A DNA stretch of 64,000 bases from Hyalangium minutum (GCF_000737315.1 NZ_JMCB01000023.1:1-64000); one strand, 5' to 3'. Positions 8,387 to 18,276 are shown, counted from the stretch's first letter. Numbers and translations: made by a program. Notes: generated by a model not told the origin, from the sequence alone.

Positions 8387-10951
8387 ATGCCCGAAGTCGC
8401 CCTCCCTATCGATCCGCTCCTGCCGGAGATCGTCGCCACGCTGCGCGACGCCCGGTCGCTCGTGCTGGAGGCCCCTCCCGGGGCGGGCAAGACGACCCGT
8501 GTCCCTCGCGCGCTGCTCCAGGCCGGGATGGCTCGCGGCAAGGAGATCATCGTCCTCCAGCCTCGGCGGCTCCCGACCCGCCTCGCGGCCCAGCGCGTCT
8601 CCGAGGAGCTGGGCGAGCGCGTGGGCGACACCGTCGGCTACCAGGTCCGCTTCGAGGACGTCCGAGGTCCCAAGACGCGCCTGTCCTTCGTCACCGAAGG
8701 CGTCCTCGGCCGCCGGCTCCTCTCCGACCCGGAGCTGAGGGATGTGGGGATGGTCGTCCTCGACGAGTTCCACGAGCGGCACCTCGCCGCGGATGTGTCG
8801 CTCGCGATGCTCCGCCGGCTTCAAGAAGGAGCGCGGCCCGACCTCAAGCTCGTCGTCATGTCCGCGACGCTCGATGCCGAGCCCATCCGCGCCTACCTGG
8901 GCGGATGCCCCCGCCTGCGCTCCGAGGGCCGCCGCTTCGACGTCACCCTGGAGTACCTGCCCACCGCCGATGACCGGCACCTTGATGTTCAGGTGCTCTC
9001 CGCCATCAAGCGCGTCTTCGCCGCCGGGCTCGATGGCGATGTCCTCGTCTTCCTCCCGGGCGCCCATGAGATCCGCCGCTCCCGCGACGCCTGCGCCGAG
9101 TTCGCCGAGCGCCATGGCGTCGAAGTGCTCCCGCTCCACGGAGATCTGTCTCCCGCCGAGCAGGACCGCGCCGTGCGCCGCAGCTCGCGCCGGAAGATCA
9201 TCCTCTCCACCAACGTCGCCGAGACCTCCGTCACCATCGACGGTGTCGCCGTGGTCATCGACAGCGGCCTGGCCCGTGTGGCCTCGCACTCGCCCTGGTC
9301 CGGCCTGCCCACGCTCAAGCTGTCCAAGGTGAGCCGCGCCTCCGCCACCCAGCGCGCCGGACGCGCCGGACGTACCCGCGCCGGCCACTGCCTGCGCCTC
9401 TACACCCAGCACGACTTCGACGGCCGCCCCGAGCAGGATGCCCCCGAGATTCGCCGAGTGGATCTCGCGGAGACCGTGCTCTCGCTGCGCGCCTCGGGTG
9501 TGCAGGACCTCGCCTCCTTCCCCTTCTTCGAGCCGCCCCCCGCTGCTTCCCTCGAGGCCGCGGAGACGCTGCTGCGAAGGCTCGGCGCCGTGGATCCCAA
9601 GGGCCAGGTGACCGAGATCGGCCACCGCCTCCTGCGCTTCCCCGTCCACCCCCGCCAGGCCCGCATCATCGTGGAGGGTGAACGCCGAGGAACGGGTGCT
9701 GACGCCGCAGTGCTCGCCGCGCTCATGGGCGAGCGGGATATCCGCCGCGAGGCCCGGGCGAACTTGAGCGGACCTGGACGCGCCTCCGCCGTCGTCAGTG
9801 GCCCTTCGGATCTGCTGGAGCTTCTGGAGCGGTTCCGAGAGGCAGAGCGCGCGGACTTCGCCTCCGGACGTCTCCACTCCCTCTCTCTGGAAGCGGGCGC
9901 TGTGCAGGCCGTGGACCGGGTGCAGAAGCAGCTCCGGCGCGCCGTCAAGGACAAGGGTCCTCGCCCCGGGTCTCCCGAGGCCCGTGAGCAGGCGCTGATG
10001 CTCAGCGCGCTCGCAGGCTACCCGGACCGTGTGGCGAAGCGGCGCAGGCCTCGGGCCCCAGAGCTGCTCCTCTTTGGAGGAGGTACCGCTTCCCTCTCCG
10101 AGATGAGCGTCGTCCAAGACGCCGAGCTGATGGTCGCCGTCGATGCCGAGGAGCGTCCCGGCCGCGGCGCCGTCGTCCGTCTGGCCAGCGCCGTCGAGCC
10201 CGAGTGGCTCCTGGACCTCTACCCAGACGCCTTGGAGGAGCTGGACGCCCTCCAGTGGAACGCCGACTCCCGCCGCGTCGAGCGCATCACCCGGCTGGCC
10301 TACGGCAACCTCGTGTTGGAGGAGACCCGCACGCCCGCGCCTCCGTCCGAGGAGACGGCCAAGGTGCTCGTCGAGGCCGCGCTCGCCGCCGGGCCCGAGC
10401 GCTTCGCCGATCCCGAGGCCCTCACGCAGTGGCGCACCCGCGTGGCCCTCCTCGCCGAGTCCTTCCCCCAGGCGAACTTCCCCGCCGTGGACAACGCCTT
10501 CCTGCGCGATTCGCTCGCGTCCCTGTGCTCAGGCGCCCGCAGCTTCGCGGATCTGGAAGGTGTGTCCCTGCTGGACGCTCTCTACGCGCGCCTCACCGGT
10601 GAACAGGCACGGCTGCTGTCCACCCACGCGCCCGACCGCATCACCCTGCCCGGAGGCCGAGGCGTCAAAGTCCACTACGAGCCCGGCAAGCCGCCCTGGG
10701 TGGAGTCTCGCTTGCAGGACTTCTTCGGGATGGCCCAGGGCCCCAGCGTCTGCGCGGGCCGCGTGCCGCTGGTGCTCCACCTGCTGGCGCCCAACATGCG
10801 CGCTGTGCAGGTGACCACGGACCTCGCGGGCTTCTGGGAGCGGCACTACCCCGCGATCCGCAAGGAGCTGTGCCGCAAGTACCCCCGGCACAGCTGGCCC
10901 GAGGATCCGCGCCACGCGCAGCCCCCGGCGCCTCGCCCGCCACGGAGGTGA
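8387..10951 (+). CDS. hrpB: ATP-dependent RNA helicase HrpB
   Basis: APPGAGKTT, LDEFHER, MSAT, STNVAETSVTI, QRAGRAGR, C-terminal LLAPNMRAVQVTTDLAGFW...YPRHSWP. Confidence 0.95.
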   Translation: MPEVALPIDPLLPEIVATLRDARSLVLEAPPGAGKTTRVPRALLQAGMARGKEIIVLQPRRLPTRLAAQRVSEELGERVGDTVGYQVRFEDVRGPKTRLSFVTEGVLGRRLLSDPELRDVGMVVLDEFHERHLAADVSLAMLRRLQEGARPDLKLVVMSATLDAEPIRAYLGGCPRLRSEGRRFDVTLEYLPTADDRHLDVQVLSAIKRVFAAGLDGDVLVFLPGAHEIRRSRDACAEFAERHGVEVLPLHGDLSPAEQDRAVRRSSRRKIILSTNVAETSVTIDGVAVVIDSGLARVASHSPWSGLPTLKLSKVSRASATQRAGRAGRTRAGHCLRLYTQHDFDGRPEQDAPEIRRVDLAETVLSLRASGVQDLASFPFFEPPPAASLEAAETLLRRLGAVDPKGQVTEIGHRLLRFPVHPRQARIIVEGERRGTGADAAVLAALMGERDIRREARANLSGPGRASAVVSGPSDLLELLERFREAERADFASGRLHSLSLEAGAVQAVDRVQKQLRRAVKDKGPRPGSPEAREQALMLSALAGYPDRVAKRRRPRAPELLLFGGGTASLSEMSVVQDAELMVAVDAEERPGRGAVVRLASAVEPEWLLDLYPDALEELDALQWNADSRRVERITRLAYGNLVLEETRTPAPPSEETAKVLVEAALAAGPERFADPEALTQWRTRVALLAESFPQANFPAVDNAFLRDSLASLCSGARSFADLEGVSLLDALYARLTGEQARLLSTHAPDRITLPGGRGVKVHYEPGKPPWVESRLQDFFGMAQGPSVCAGRVPLVLHLLAPNMRAVQVTTDLAGFWERHYPAIRKELCRKYPRHSWPEDPRHAQPPAPRPPRR

Positions 10952-10954
10952 GGC

Positions 10955-11428
10955 TCAGAACTTCTTCTGCATCTCCAGGTGCTCGATGCCGCCTTCCATG
11001 AAGACGGCGCCCAGCGGCTCGTAGCCGTGCTTCTTGTAGAACTCGAGCGCGAACAGCTGCGCGTGCAGCTTGATGCCGGTGACGCCCCGTCGCTTCGCCT
11101 CGGCCTCCAGCGTCTCGAGCAGCTTGGAGCCCACCCGCGCCTTGCGCGAGGACTGCAGCACCGCCATGCGGCCAATCTGCGCCCAAGTGCCCTCCTGGCG
11201 CTCGGGAGCCTGCGGCAGCATGACGAGGCGCCCCGTCCCAATGGCGTGGCCGCCCTGGAACGCGAGCACGTGGTAGGCCTTCGCGTCCTCGGCGTCGCGC
11301 TCGATGCCCTCGGGGACGTGCTGCTCCTCGATGAACACCACCTCGCGGATGGCCAGGGCTTGGAAGAGTTCCGCCTCGTTCTGGATCGGGCTGATGGTGA
11401 CGGGCTGAGGGGTCGCCGAGTCGGACAT
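10955..11428 (-). CDS. GNAT N-acetyltransferase (ElaA-like)
   Basis: IREVVFIEEQHVP, IGRMAV, LHAQ...FYKKHGY...IEHLEM. Confidence 0.88.
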   Translation of the reverse strand: MSDSATPQPVTISPIQNEAELFQALAIREVVFIEEQHVPEGIERDAEDAKAYHVLAFQGGHAIGTGRLVMLPQAPERQEGTWAQIGRMAVLQSSRKARVGSKLLETLEAEAKRRGVTGIKLHAQLFALEFYKKHGYEPLGAVFMEGGIEHLEMQKKF

Positions 11429-11509
11429 GTCGAAGGCAAGGTACACAAAAGCCTGGAGCGCAAACAGCCTGAAAAAAGATGGGGCTGTGATAAGGGCCGG
11501 GGCCTCACG

Positions 11510-12700
11510 ATGACCCCTCCCCCAGCCGCCGGGCGGACTGCCCTCGCCGGCTTCTACCTTCTGTACTTCGGGACGGTGGGTATCACCCAGCCGTTCCTGC
11601 CCGCCTACCTGCGCTCACTCGCCCTGTCCACGACCGAGGTTGGGCTGCTGCTCGCTCTGTCTCCGCTGGCCTCGTTGGTGACCCCACCCCTGTGGGGGCA
11701 TCTGGCTGATCGCACGGGGCGCCTCAGTTCTGTCCTCACCGTGCTCGCCGTGGGCGCCATGCTCGGCTTCGTGCCCTTGCTGGGCGTGGAGCGCTTCCCG
11801 GCTCTCGTGGCGACGCTCGCCGCCTACGCCTGCTTCGCCTCCTCCATTACCCCCATGGTGGACAGTCTGGCGCTCAACCACGTGGCCCAGAGGGGTGGCA
11901 GCTTCGCCCACCTGCGCCTGTTCGGCTCGCTCGGCTTCATCCTGTCCGCGACCACCTTCGGGCTGATGGTGCGCACCGTGGATCGCTCCACCATCCTCGT
12001 GGGCGTGACGCTCTTTGGACTGCTGGCGGCCTGGAGCTTCTCGCTCCGTTCCCAAGCGACCGCCAGCGGAACGCCGCACCCGTTGGCCGGCCTGGGCCTG
12101 CTGCGCGACAACAAGGACCTGCGCTGGCTGCTGGCCGCCACCAGCCTGCACTGGATGGCCTGCACGCCTTACAACGGCATGCTCGCCATTCACGTGCTGG
12201 CGCTTGGCCTGTCTCCGTCGGTGGTCGGCATCTGCGCGGGCCTGGGCGTGGCCGCCGAGGTGGGAGCGATGCTCCTATACCCCCGGTTCGCCGACCGCAT
12301 TGCTCCCCGGCACCTGCTCTGCATCTCCTTCGTCCTGAGCGCGGTGCGCTGGGGCGGCATGGCGGTGGCCTCGTCGCCGGGCGCCATCGTGGCGCTCGCG
12401 CTGCTCCACTCGATGACCTTCGGTGTCTTCTACGTCTCCAGCGTGGCGTTCATGGCGCGCCGCGTCCCTCAACACCTGCGAGCCTCTGGCCAGGGCATCT
12501 TCGCCGCGGTGACGTTCGGCGTCGGAGGGCTCGTCGGGTTCTCCTCGGCGGGAGCGGCCTACTCGCTGCTCGGAGGTGGGCACGCGCTCTTCGCCCTGGC
12601 CGGAGGGCTGGAGCTGATCGCTGCCGTGCTCGTGCTCCAGGCCTCCCCGGCACCTACGCCTCCGCCTCAAGGCGAAGCCATCCCACCCGCCGCCCCGTGA
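11510..12700 (+). CDS. MFS transporter (LacY/nucleoside:H+ symporter-like)
   Basis: About 12 hydrophobic segments, WGHLADRTG, RLFGSLGF; start moved to ATG 11510. Confidence 0.88.
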   Translation: MTPPPAAGRTALAGFYLLYFGTVGITQPFLPAYLRSLALSTTEVGLLLALSPLASLVTPPLWGHLADRTGRLSSVLTVLAVGAMLGFVPLLGVERFPALVATLAAYACFASSITPMVDSLALNHVAQRGGSFAHLRLFGSLGFILSATTFGLMVRTVDRSTILVGVTLFGLLAAWSFSLRSQATASGTPHPLAGLGLLRDNKDLRWLLAATSLHWMACTPYNGMLAIHVLALGLSPSVVGICAGLGVAAEVGAMLLYPRFADRIAPRHLLCISFVLSAVRWGGMAVASSPGAIVALALLHSMTFGVFYVSSVAFMARRVPQHLRASGQGIFAAVTFGVGGLVGFSSAGAAYSLLGGGHALFALAGGLELIAAVLVLQASPAPTPPPQGEAIPPAAP

Positions 12701-12710
12701 TAACCTGGGG

Positions 12711-13760
12711 GTGATGCGTCCCGCCCTGCTCGCCCTGGCCCTTGGCCTGCTGTCCCTCCCTGCCTCCGCCCAGCTCTTCAACCCGGGCAACCCGCCGGTG
12801 TTCAAAGAGGAGGAGCTGGACAAGCGCTTCACCAAGTCGAAGGTCCACCAGGTGCTGCTCCAGGGGACCAACAACCCCAACTGTGTCCAGGTCGTCGGAG
12901 GCCTGCTGACGCTGCTCGGGGAGACCGCGCCCTACTTCCACAAGCGCGACGAGAATTTCTATCTCGATCCCATGCTCGCCCAGGCGCTGAGCACCCAGCT
13001 CACGAATCAGCGCTTCCCGGGCTCCACGTACTTCGTGGCCATGGTGCGGCGGGTACTCATCGACCGGAAGCTCCCCGCAGACTGGCTGGAGACAGCGAAC
13101 GCCCTGTCGCCGTACTACCCGGTGATGGATCTCGCCAAGCTGCGCATGTTGGCCGAGGGCGTAAAGCCCGTGGACAGCTTCATGCTCACCATCCCCGTCC
13201 TGCGCGAGCGCTACGAGACGGAGGTCATCCGCGCCAACAGCACCGCTGCCCGGACCGCCGAGGCCGTCTTCCGGGACACCTATGTCGATCGGGAAGTGGT
13301 CTTCGGCGGGCTCGAGTTCATCGACGCCGCGCTCGAGAAGAAGAAGAAGCCCGTCAAGAAGAAGCGGGGCGCGCCCGTGGAGGAGGAGGAGCCGCCAGCC
13401 CTGATCGCCCGGCTCGTCTATTACCCGCCCAACCCGAACGCCAACCAGCTCCAGCCCTTTGGCATCCCCACCGAGAAGCCCAAGGGCGTGACCATCACCG
13501 CGCGGCTGGCCGACAAGCAGTTCCTGAGCATCGATCAGATCCCCAAGGGCACCCGCCTGCTCGTGCGGGGCCGGCTCTGGGAGTACAAGAAGGGCATCAC
13601 CGAGGTGGAGGTGCGCGACGCCCTCGTGTTCCAGGACCGGGATTGGTCCCAGGGCGCTCTGCTCGCGGACCCGAACGCCACCGCCGCCTGCCCCGTGGCC
13701 TACAACGAGCTGACGGGCATGGCCCCCACCCAGCCCGGCGGCTTCGGCAATCGGCGCTGA
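12711..13760 (+). CDS. Secreted hypothetical protein
   Basis: Signal peptide ending PASA; helical N-part, Lys-rich linker, beta-rich C-terminus. Confidence 0.7.
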   Translation: MMRPALLALALGLLSLPASAQLFNPGNPPVFKEEELDKRFTKSKVHQVLLQGTNNPNCVQVVGGLLTLLGETAPYFHKRDENFYLDPMLAQALSTQLTNQRFPGSTYFVAMVRRVLIDRKLPADWLETANALSPYYPVMDLAKLRMLAEGVKPVDSFMLTIPVLRERYETEVIRANSTAARTAEAVFRDTYVDREVVFGGLEFIDAALEKKKKPVKKKRGAPVEEEEPPALIARLVYYPPNPNANQLQPFGIPTEKPKGVTITARLADKQFLSIDQIPKGTRLLVRGRLWEYKKGITEVEVRDALVFQDRDWSQGALLADPNATAACPVAYNELTGMAPTQPGGFGNRR

Positions 13761-13895
13761 GTACCGTTTCCCTCCGCGGACGGACCGTCCACCGCGCTGG
13801 ACGGTTCCCTGCGGAGGCCCCTGAGGTTCTCCGAGGAGAAGCCCTTGGCATGAACCGTGCTCCTCCCCATGGCTCACCCCAGCCACGAGGAGCCC

Positions 13896-14768
13896 ATGAA
13901 GATCGACGGTCGTGATCATGCCGAGCCAGCCAGGACCACCCCGGCGCCCGGCCAGTTCCAGCAGGTTCTCCAGCGGGCCGCTGCGCCCGCCTCTTCCGCA
14001 TTCAGCAGCGCGAACCCGAGCCCAGGTAAAGCACTGCCCCGGCTGCCCTCGCCTCCCGCGGGCGCCAAGCTGCCGCCCTCCCAGGCCTTGAGGCCTCCGG
14101 CGAAGCCTCCCGCGAGCGCGGCTCCCCTTCCGGGTAGCGCCTCTCGCCTTCCCTCGACGGCGCTGAGCAGCGGTCCTGTCGTCGCCACGTCCCGAAGCGC
14201 CCTGGCCAGTCCGGAGAACCTCGGTCAGACCCGCCAGGCCATGCACGGGGAGTCCCTCCGGCTCCGAAACGCTCGCACCGAAGCCCAGACCGTGTCCCAG
14301 GAGAAGACGGAGCACCGCCTCACCGAACTGATCTCCCGGGAGCTGGCGCGCGAGTTCCGGGCAGAGCCCTCCACCCCACTGCCATCAGCCCGTCTGGTGC
14401 CTCCGCCTCCCGAGTCCCCCCAAGGACCTGGGCCCGCCGAAGGGTTCACCTCCGCAGGAGAGACGCGGCTCGCAGTGAGCCAGCCAGGCCTGTCCCCCGC
14501 AGACGCCCCAGATCCGCAGGCTCGGGTGGAGGCCACCCTGCAGCTCATCGAGAAAATCGAAGTCTTCGTCCAGTCCCAGCGGCCCGCGCTGCGACTGAGC
14601 CTGGGAGAGCCCCTGTCCGCCACGGTCCAAGTGGAGCGCACCGGGCCTCGCGAGGTGGCGCTGCGCATCCAGGGGCGTCAGGGCCCACTGGCCCAGGAGG
14701 AACTCATGCGCATCAGGGAGGGCCTGGAGGCTCGCGGGCTCCGGCTGCGCTCTCTGCACGTCGAGTAA
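13896..14768 (+). CDS. Pro-rich protein with FliK/SctP-like C-terminal domain
   Basis: RBS GAGGAG before ATG 13896; long Pro/Ala/Ser-rich region, then LRLSLGEPLSATVQVERTGPREVALRIQG...LEARGLRLRSL. Confidence 0.55.
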   Translation: MKIDGRDHAEPARTTPAPGQFQQVLQRAAAPASSAFSSANPSPGKALPRLPSPPAGAKLPPSQALRPPAKPPASAAPLPGSASRLPSTALSSGPVVATSRSALASPENLGQTRQAMHGESLRLRNARTEAQTVSQEKTEHRLTELISRELAREFRAEPSTPLPSARLVPPPPESPQGPGPAEGFTSAGETRLAVSQPGLSPADAPDPQARVEATLQLIEKIEVFVQSQRPALRLSLGEPLSATVQVERTGPREVALRIQGRQGPLAQEELMRIREGLEARGLRLRSLHVE

Positions 14769-14778
14769 AGAGCGCGGG

Positions 14779-14817
14779 AACACAAAGGGCCCTCACGCCC
14801 ATGAGGCGGAGAGCCCT
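14779..14817 (-). terminator. Probable intrinsic terminator after fdxA
   Basis: AGGGCTCTCCGCC...GGCGTGAGGGCCCT followed by TTGTGTT on the minus strand. Confidence 0.5.
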
Positions 14818-14842
14818 GGTGCGCCACAGGCTGCCGGGTGGA

Positions 14843-15178
14843 TTACTTGCCCGGCTTGGTGCTCAGCAGGGGACGCTTCTCGTCCTTGAGCTTGAACTCC
14901 TCGGCCTCGGACAGCGGCTCCTTCTTCTCGGCGATGTTCGGCCACTTCGTCGAGAAGTCGGCGTTCAGCGCCTTGTACTCCTTCCACTTCGCGGGGAGCT
15001 CCGTCTCCGGGAAGATGGCCTTCGTGGGGCACACCGGCTCGCACGCCCCACAATCGATGCACTCATCCGGGTGGATGACGAGGAAGTTCTCCCCCTCGTA
15101 GAAACAGTTGACCGGGCACACCTCGACACAGTCGGTGTACTTGCACTTGATGCAAGGCTCGGCGACGACATAAGCCAT
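14843..15178 (-). CDS. fdxA: 7Fe ferredoxin (FdI/FdxA family)
   Basis: [26 protein letters not shown]...[17 protein letters not shown]. Confidence 0.93.
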   Translation of the reverse strand: MAYVVAEPCIKCKYTDCVEVCPVNCFYEGENFLVIHPDECIDCGACEPVCPTKAIFPETELPAKWKEYKALNADFSTKWPNIAEKKEPLSEAEEFKLKDEKRPLLSTKPGK

Positions 15179-15266
15179 CGAAAAATCTCCTCAGCGCGAC
15201 CTCAGCGGGAGCGCACAGTAAAAAGTTTTAGCGGCCGCCGCACCTGAAATCCGGGCGGCCCGCCCG

Positions 15267-16361
15267 TCAGCCCAGCAGCCCCTGGGCCTTCATCAGCTCG
15301 GCCACCAGGATGGCGCCCTTGGCCGCGCCCATCTTCGTGTTGTGCGAGACGAGCACGTACTTGAAGCCGTTCTCCAGCACGCCGTCCTCGCGCACACGGC
15401 CCACCGTGGTGGCCATGCCCCCGTGCGTATCGCGGTCCAGCCGGGGCTGCGGACGGTAGGGATCGTCCAGCACCTCGATCCACCGGGACTGCTGCGGAGC
15501 GGACGGCAGGCCGCGAGCCACCTCGGCGCCCTTCCACTCGCGCATGGCGGCGGTGACTTCCGCCACGGTGGCCTTCTTGCCCAGCGACACGAAGACGGAC
15601 TCGGTGTGGCCCTCGAGCACCGCCACGCGGGTGCACGTGCAGGACACCTTCACGTCATGCGAGGTGATGGCCGTGCCATCCACCTGCAGCCCGCCGAGGA
15701 TCTTCTTCGTCTCCACCTCCACCTTGTGCTCCTCCTTGGGGATGAAGGGGATGACGTTGTCCAGGATGTCCAGGCCGATCACGCCCGGCGAGCGCCCCGC
15801 GCCCGACATGGCCTGCAGGCTCGTCATCAGCACCGCCTTCACGCCGAAGCGCTCGGCCAGGGGCGCCAGGGTGATGGCCAGGCCCGTGGTGGTGCAGTTG
15901 GGGATGGGGACGATGAAGCCCTTGAAGCCCCGGCGGCGCTGCTGCTCGCGCACCAGCGGCGCGTGCGCGGCGTTCACGGGAGGAATGACCAGCGGCACGT
16001 CCGCCTCGTAGCGGAAGGCACTCGCGGCCGAGAACACGGGGATGTCCTTGGCCAGCCGGGGCTCCAGCTCGCGCGCCACGTCCGCCTCCACGGCGGAGAA
16101 GGCGATGTCGTAGTCCTTGCCCTTCACCTCATCGCCGCTGATCACCGGCATCTTGGCCAGCTCGGGGGTGAGCGGCTCGGGGACGAACCACGCGGTCATC
16201 CCGTTGGAGGTGCGCAGCGCCTCCGCGTAGGGCTTGCCCGCCGAGCGCGGAGAGGCCGCCAACCCGGTGAGCTCGATGAAGGGGTGATTCTGAAGCGCGG
16301 CAATGAACTGCTGGCCCGCAAGACCGGTGGCACCGATCAGAACAGCGCGGAGCTTCGACAT
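15267..16361 (-). CDS. asd: Aspartate-semialdehyde dehydrogenase
   Basis: GATGLAGQ, SAASAFR, PNCTT (catalytic Cys), QAMSGAG, CTRV, SHNTKMGAA. Confidence 0.93.
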   Translation of the reverse strand: MSKLRAVLIGATGLAGQQFIAALQNHPFIELTGLAASPRSAGKPYAEALRTSNGMTAWFVPEPLTPELAKMPVISGDEVKGKDYDIAFSAVEADVARELEPRLAKDIPVFSAASAFRYEADVPLVIPPVNAAHAPLVREQQRRRGFKGFIVPIPNCTTTGLAITLAPLAERFGVKAVLMTSLQAMSGAGRSPGVIGLDILDNVIPFIPKEEHKVEVETKKILGGLQVDGTAITSHDVKVSCTCTRVAVLEGHTESVFVSLGKKATVAEVTAAMREWKGAEVARGLPSAPQQSRWIEVLDDPYRPQPRLDRDTHGGMATTVGRVREDGVLENGFKYVLVSHNTKMGAAKGAILVAELMKAQGLLG

Positions 16362-16392
16362 GGTGCGTTATCTCCCGTGAGTCCCGGGCTGC

Positions 16393-16767
16393 TTACCACC
16401 GTTCGGCGGCTGCATGCGAGCCGTTCATCGCGGAGTCACGGCACAGGTGCTGCTCCGTGGGGAAGCCCTCGGCCATCCAGGCTTGGATTCCCCCATCCAG
16501 GCAGACGGCCTTGCGCCCCTGCATCAGGAGCATGCGGCAGACGCGGAGTACATTTTCCCAGTCCGCCTCACAGCCATAGAGGACGATCAGCTCATCGTCC
16601 GGGAGGATGAAGAGATCCTGGGAGACTTCCTCGGGCGTCATCCGGAGGGAGCCGGGGATGTGAAACTCCACCTGCTCCCAGTTCTCCGGGGAGCGGCAGT
16701 CAAGGACGAGGACATCGTCGTCCCCAAGCCTGAGGTACAGCTCGGCGCAGGGGATACGAAGTTCCAT
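16393..16767 (-). CDS. Single-domain rhodanese-like protein
   Basis: VLDCRSP...FHIPGS...LYGC...LDGGIQAW; start moved to ATG 16767 after GGAGG. Confidence 0.8.
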   Translation of the reverse strand: MELRIPCAELYLRLGDDDVLVLDCRSPENWEQVEFHIPGSLRMTPEEVSQDLFILPDDELIVLYGCEADWENVLRVCRMLLMQGRKAVCLDGGIQAWMAEGFPTEQHLCRDSAMNGSHAAAERW

Positions 16768-16875
16768 GAGGGGGACCTCCACCGCGAGCCTTCCTCTTGA
16801 ATCAACCTGGAGGGAGGTACACCTCTTCCGGGGAGCTCGCCTGCCTGCTCCTCCCCGGGAGACCGGGCCGAGGCC

Positions 16876-18027
16876 TCACAGCCCGAGTTGCTTGGCGATG
16901 ATCTCGTTCATCACCTCGGTGGTGCCTCCTCCGATGGGGCCCAGGCGAGCGTCACGCCAGTGCCGCTGGATGTCGTACTCCATCATGTAGCCGGCGCCGC
17001 CGTAGAGCTGGAGACAGGCATCCGCCACACGGCAGGCCGTCTCGGTGGCCACCTTCTTGGCCATGGACGTCTGGGCCACGGCGTACTCGCCGCCCACGTG
17101 GAGGCGCAGCGCGTGGTACGTGAGCTGGCGGGCGCACTCGAGCTCGGTGAAGAGGTCCGCCAGCTTGTGGCGCACCACCTGGAAGTCGCTGAGCGTCTGC
17201 CCGAACGCCTTCCGCTCCTTCACGTGGGCGATCACCTTCTCCAGCATGTCCTCCATGGCCCCGAGCGCTCCCAGCGCCAGCGAGAGCCGCTCCCACTGGA
17301 AGTTGCCCATGATCTGATAGAAGCCCTGCCCCTCCTGGCCGAGCAGGTGGGTGGCGGGTACGCGGCAGTCCTCGAAGAAGAGCTCCGCCGTGTCCGAGGC
17401 GCGCCACCCGAGCTTCTGCAGCTTGCGCCCTACCCCGAAGCCCGGCATGCCCCGCTCGACGATGAGCATGGACAGGCCCTTGTGGCCGGCCTTCGGATCC
17501 GTCTTCACCGCGCACACCAGGAAGTCCGCGCGCACGCCGTTGGTGATGTACGTCTTGGAGCCGTTCACCACATAGTGGTCCCCGTCCCGGATGGCGGTGG
17601 TGCGCAGGCCCGCCACATCCGAGCCAGCATCGGGCTCGGTGATGGCCAGGGCGCCGATCTTCTCGCCTTTGATGGCGGGGGCGAGGAAGCGCCGCTTCTG
17701 CTCGTCCGTGCCGAACAGGTGGAGGGGCCCGGTGGAGATGGTGAACTGGGCGCCCAGGCCCGCGGAGACGCCGCCCGAGCCACACCGCCCCAGTTCCTCC
17801 AGGAGCACCGCCTCGTACAGCTCCCCAGCAGCCGAGCCGCCGTAGGCCTCCGGGTACTTCAGCCCCAGGAAGCCCAGCTCGCCGAAGCGGGTGAAGAGCT
17901 CCCGGGGGAACTCCTCCCGGGCCTCCCACTCCTGGGCAAAGGGGAGGATCTCCTTCTCGATGACCGCGCGCACCGTGCGGCGGAAGGCCTCGTGCTCCTC
18001 CTGGTACAGCCCGTAGCCGTGCAGCAT
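16876..18027 (-). CDS. Acyl-CoA dehydrogenase
   Basis: ALAITEPDAGSD, NGSKTYITNG, QLYGGAGYM, IGGGTTEV; start ATG 18027. Confidence 0.93.
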   Translation of the reverse strand: MLHGYGLYQEEHEAFRRTVRAVIEKEILPFAQEWEAREEFPRELFTRFGELGFLGLKYPEAYGGSAAGELYEAVLLEELGRCGSGGVSAGLGAQFTISTGPLHLFGTDEQKRRFLAPAIKGEKIGALAITEPDAGSDVAGLRTTAIRDGDHYVVNGSKTYITNGVRADFLVCAVKTDPKAGHKGLSMLIVERGMPGFGVGRKLQKLGWRASDTAELFFEDCRVPATHLLGQEGQGFYQIMGNFQWERLSLALGALGAMEDMLEKVIAHVKERKAFGQTLSDFQVVRHKLADLFTELECARQLTYHALRLHVGGEYAVAQTSMAKKVATETACRVADACLQLYGGAGYMMEYDIQRHWRDARLGPIGGGTTEVMNEIIAKQLGL

Positions 18028-18106
18028 CCGCGAACCCCTCTCCGGCGGGCAGGTTTGCCCGGAGTGATGGTAACGGAGGTGAACCGCAGCGGGCGCAGTT
18101 GCTTCC

Positions 18107-18136
18107 TTGACCCAGCCCAAGAGGCTTGCGTATAAA
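18107..18136 (+). promoter_or_regulatory. Sigma70 promoter of tRNA-Cys
   Basis: TTGACC (18107-12), 18 nt spacer, TATAAA (18131-36), 16 nt before the tRNA. Confidence 0.75.
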
Positions 18137-18152
18137 ACCGTCCCCTGTTCGT

Positions 18153-18227
18153 GGCGCCATAGCCAAGTGGTAAGGCAAGGGTCTGCAAAACCCTCATTCC
18201 CCGGTTCGAATCCGGGTGGCGCCTCCA
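18153..18227 (+). tRNA. tRNA-Cys(GCA)
   Basis: GGCGCCATAGCCAAGTGGTAAGGC...CTGCAAAA...GTTCGAAT...GGCGCCTCCA. Confidence 0.97.
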
Positions 18228-18236
18228 AGAAGTCCC

Positions 18237-18276
18237 GGCCCGATGCGACGCTCTGCCGCATCGGGCCTTCGTTTTT
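18237..18276 (+). terminator. Intrinsic terminator of tRNA-Cys
   Basis: Perfect 11-bp stem GGCCCGATGCG/CGCATCGGGCC followed by TTCGTTTTT. Confidence 0.85.

Noticed and set aside
5538-16767. A sulfur-relay system made of DsrE-like, rhodanese and ferredoxin genes
   Set aside because: The genes are 9-11 kb apart with unrelated genes between them; no cysteine desulfurase or shared motif
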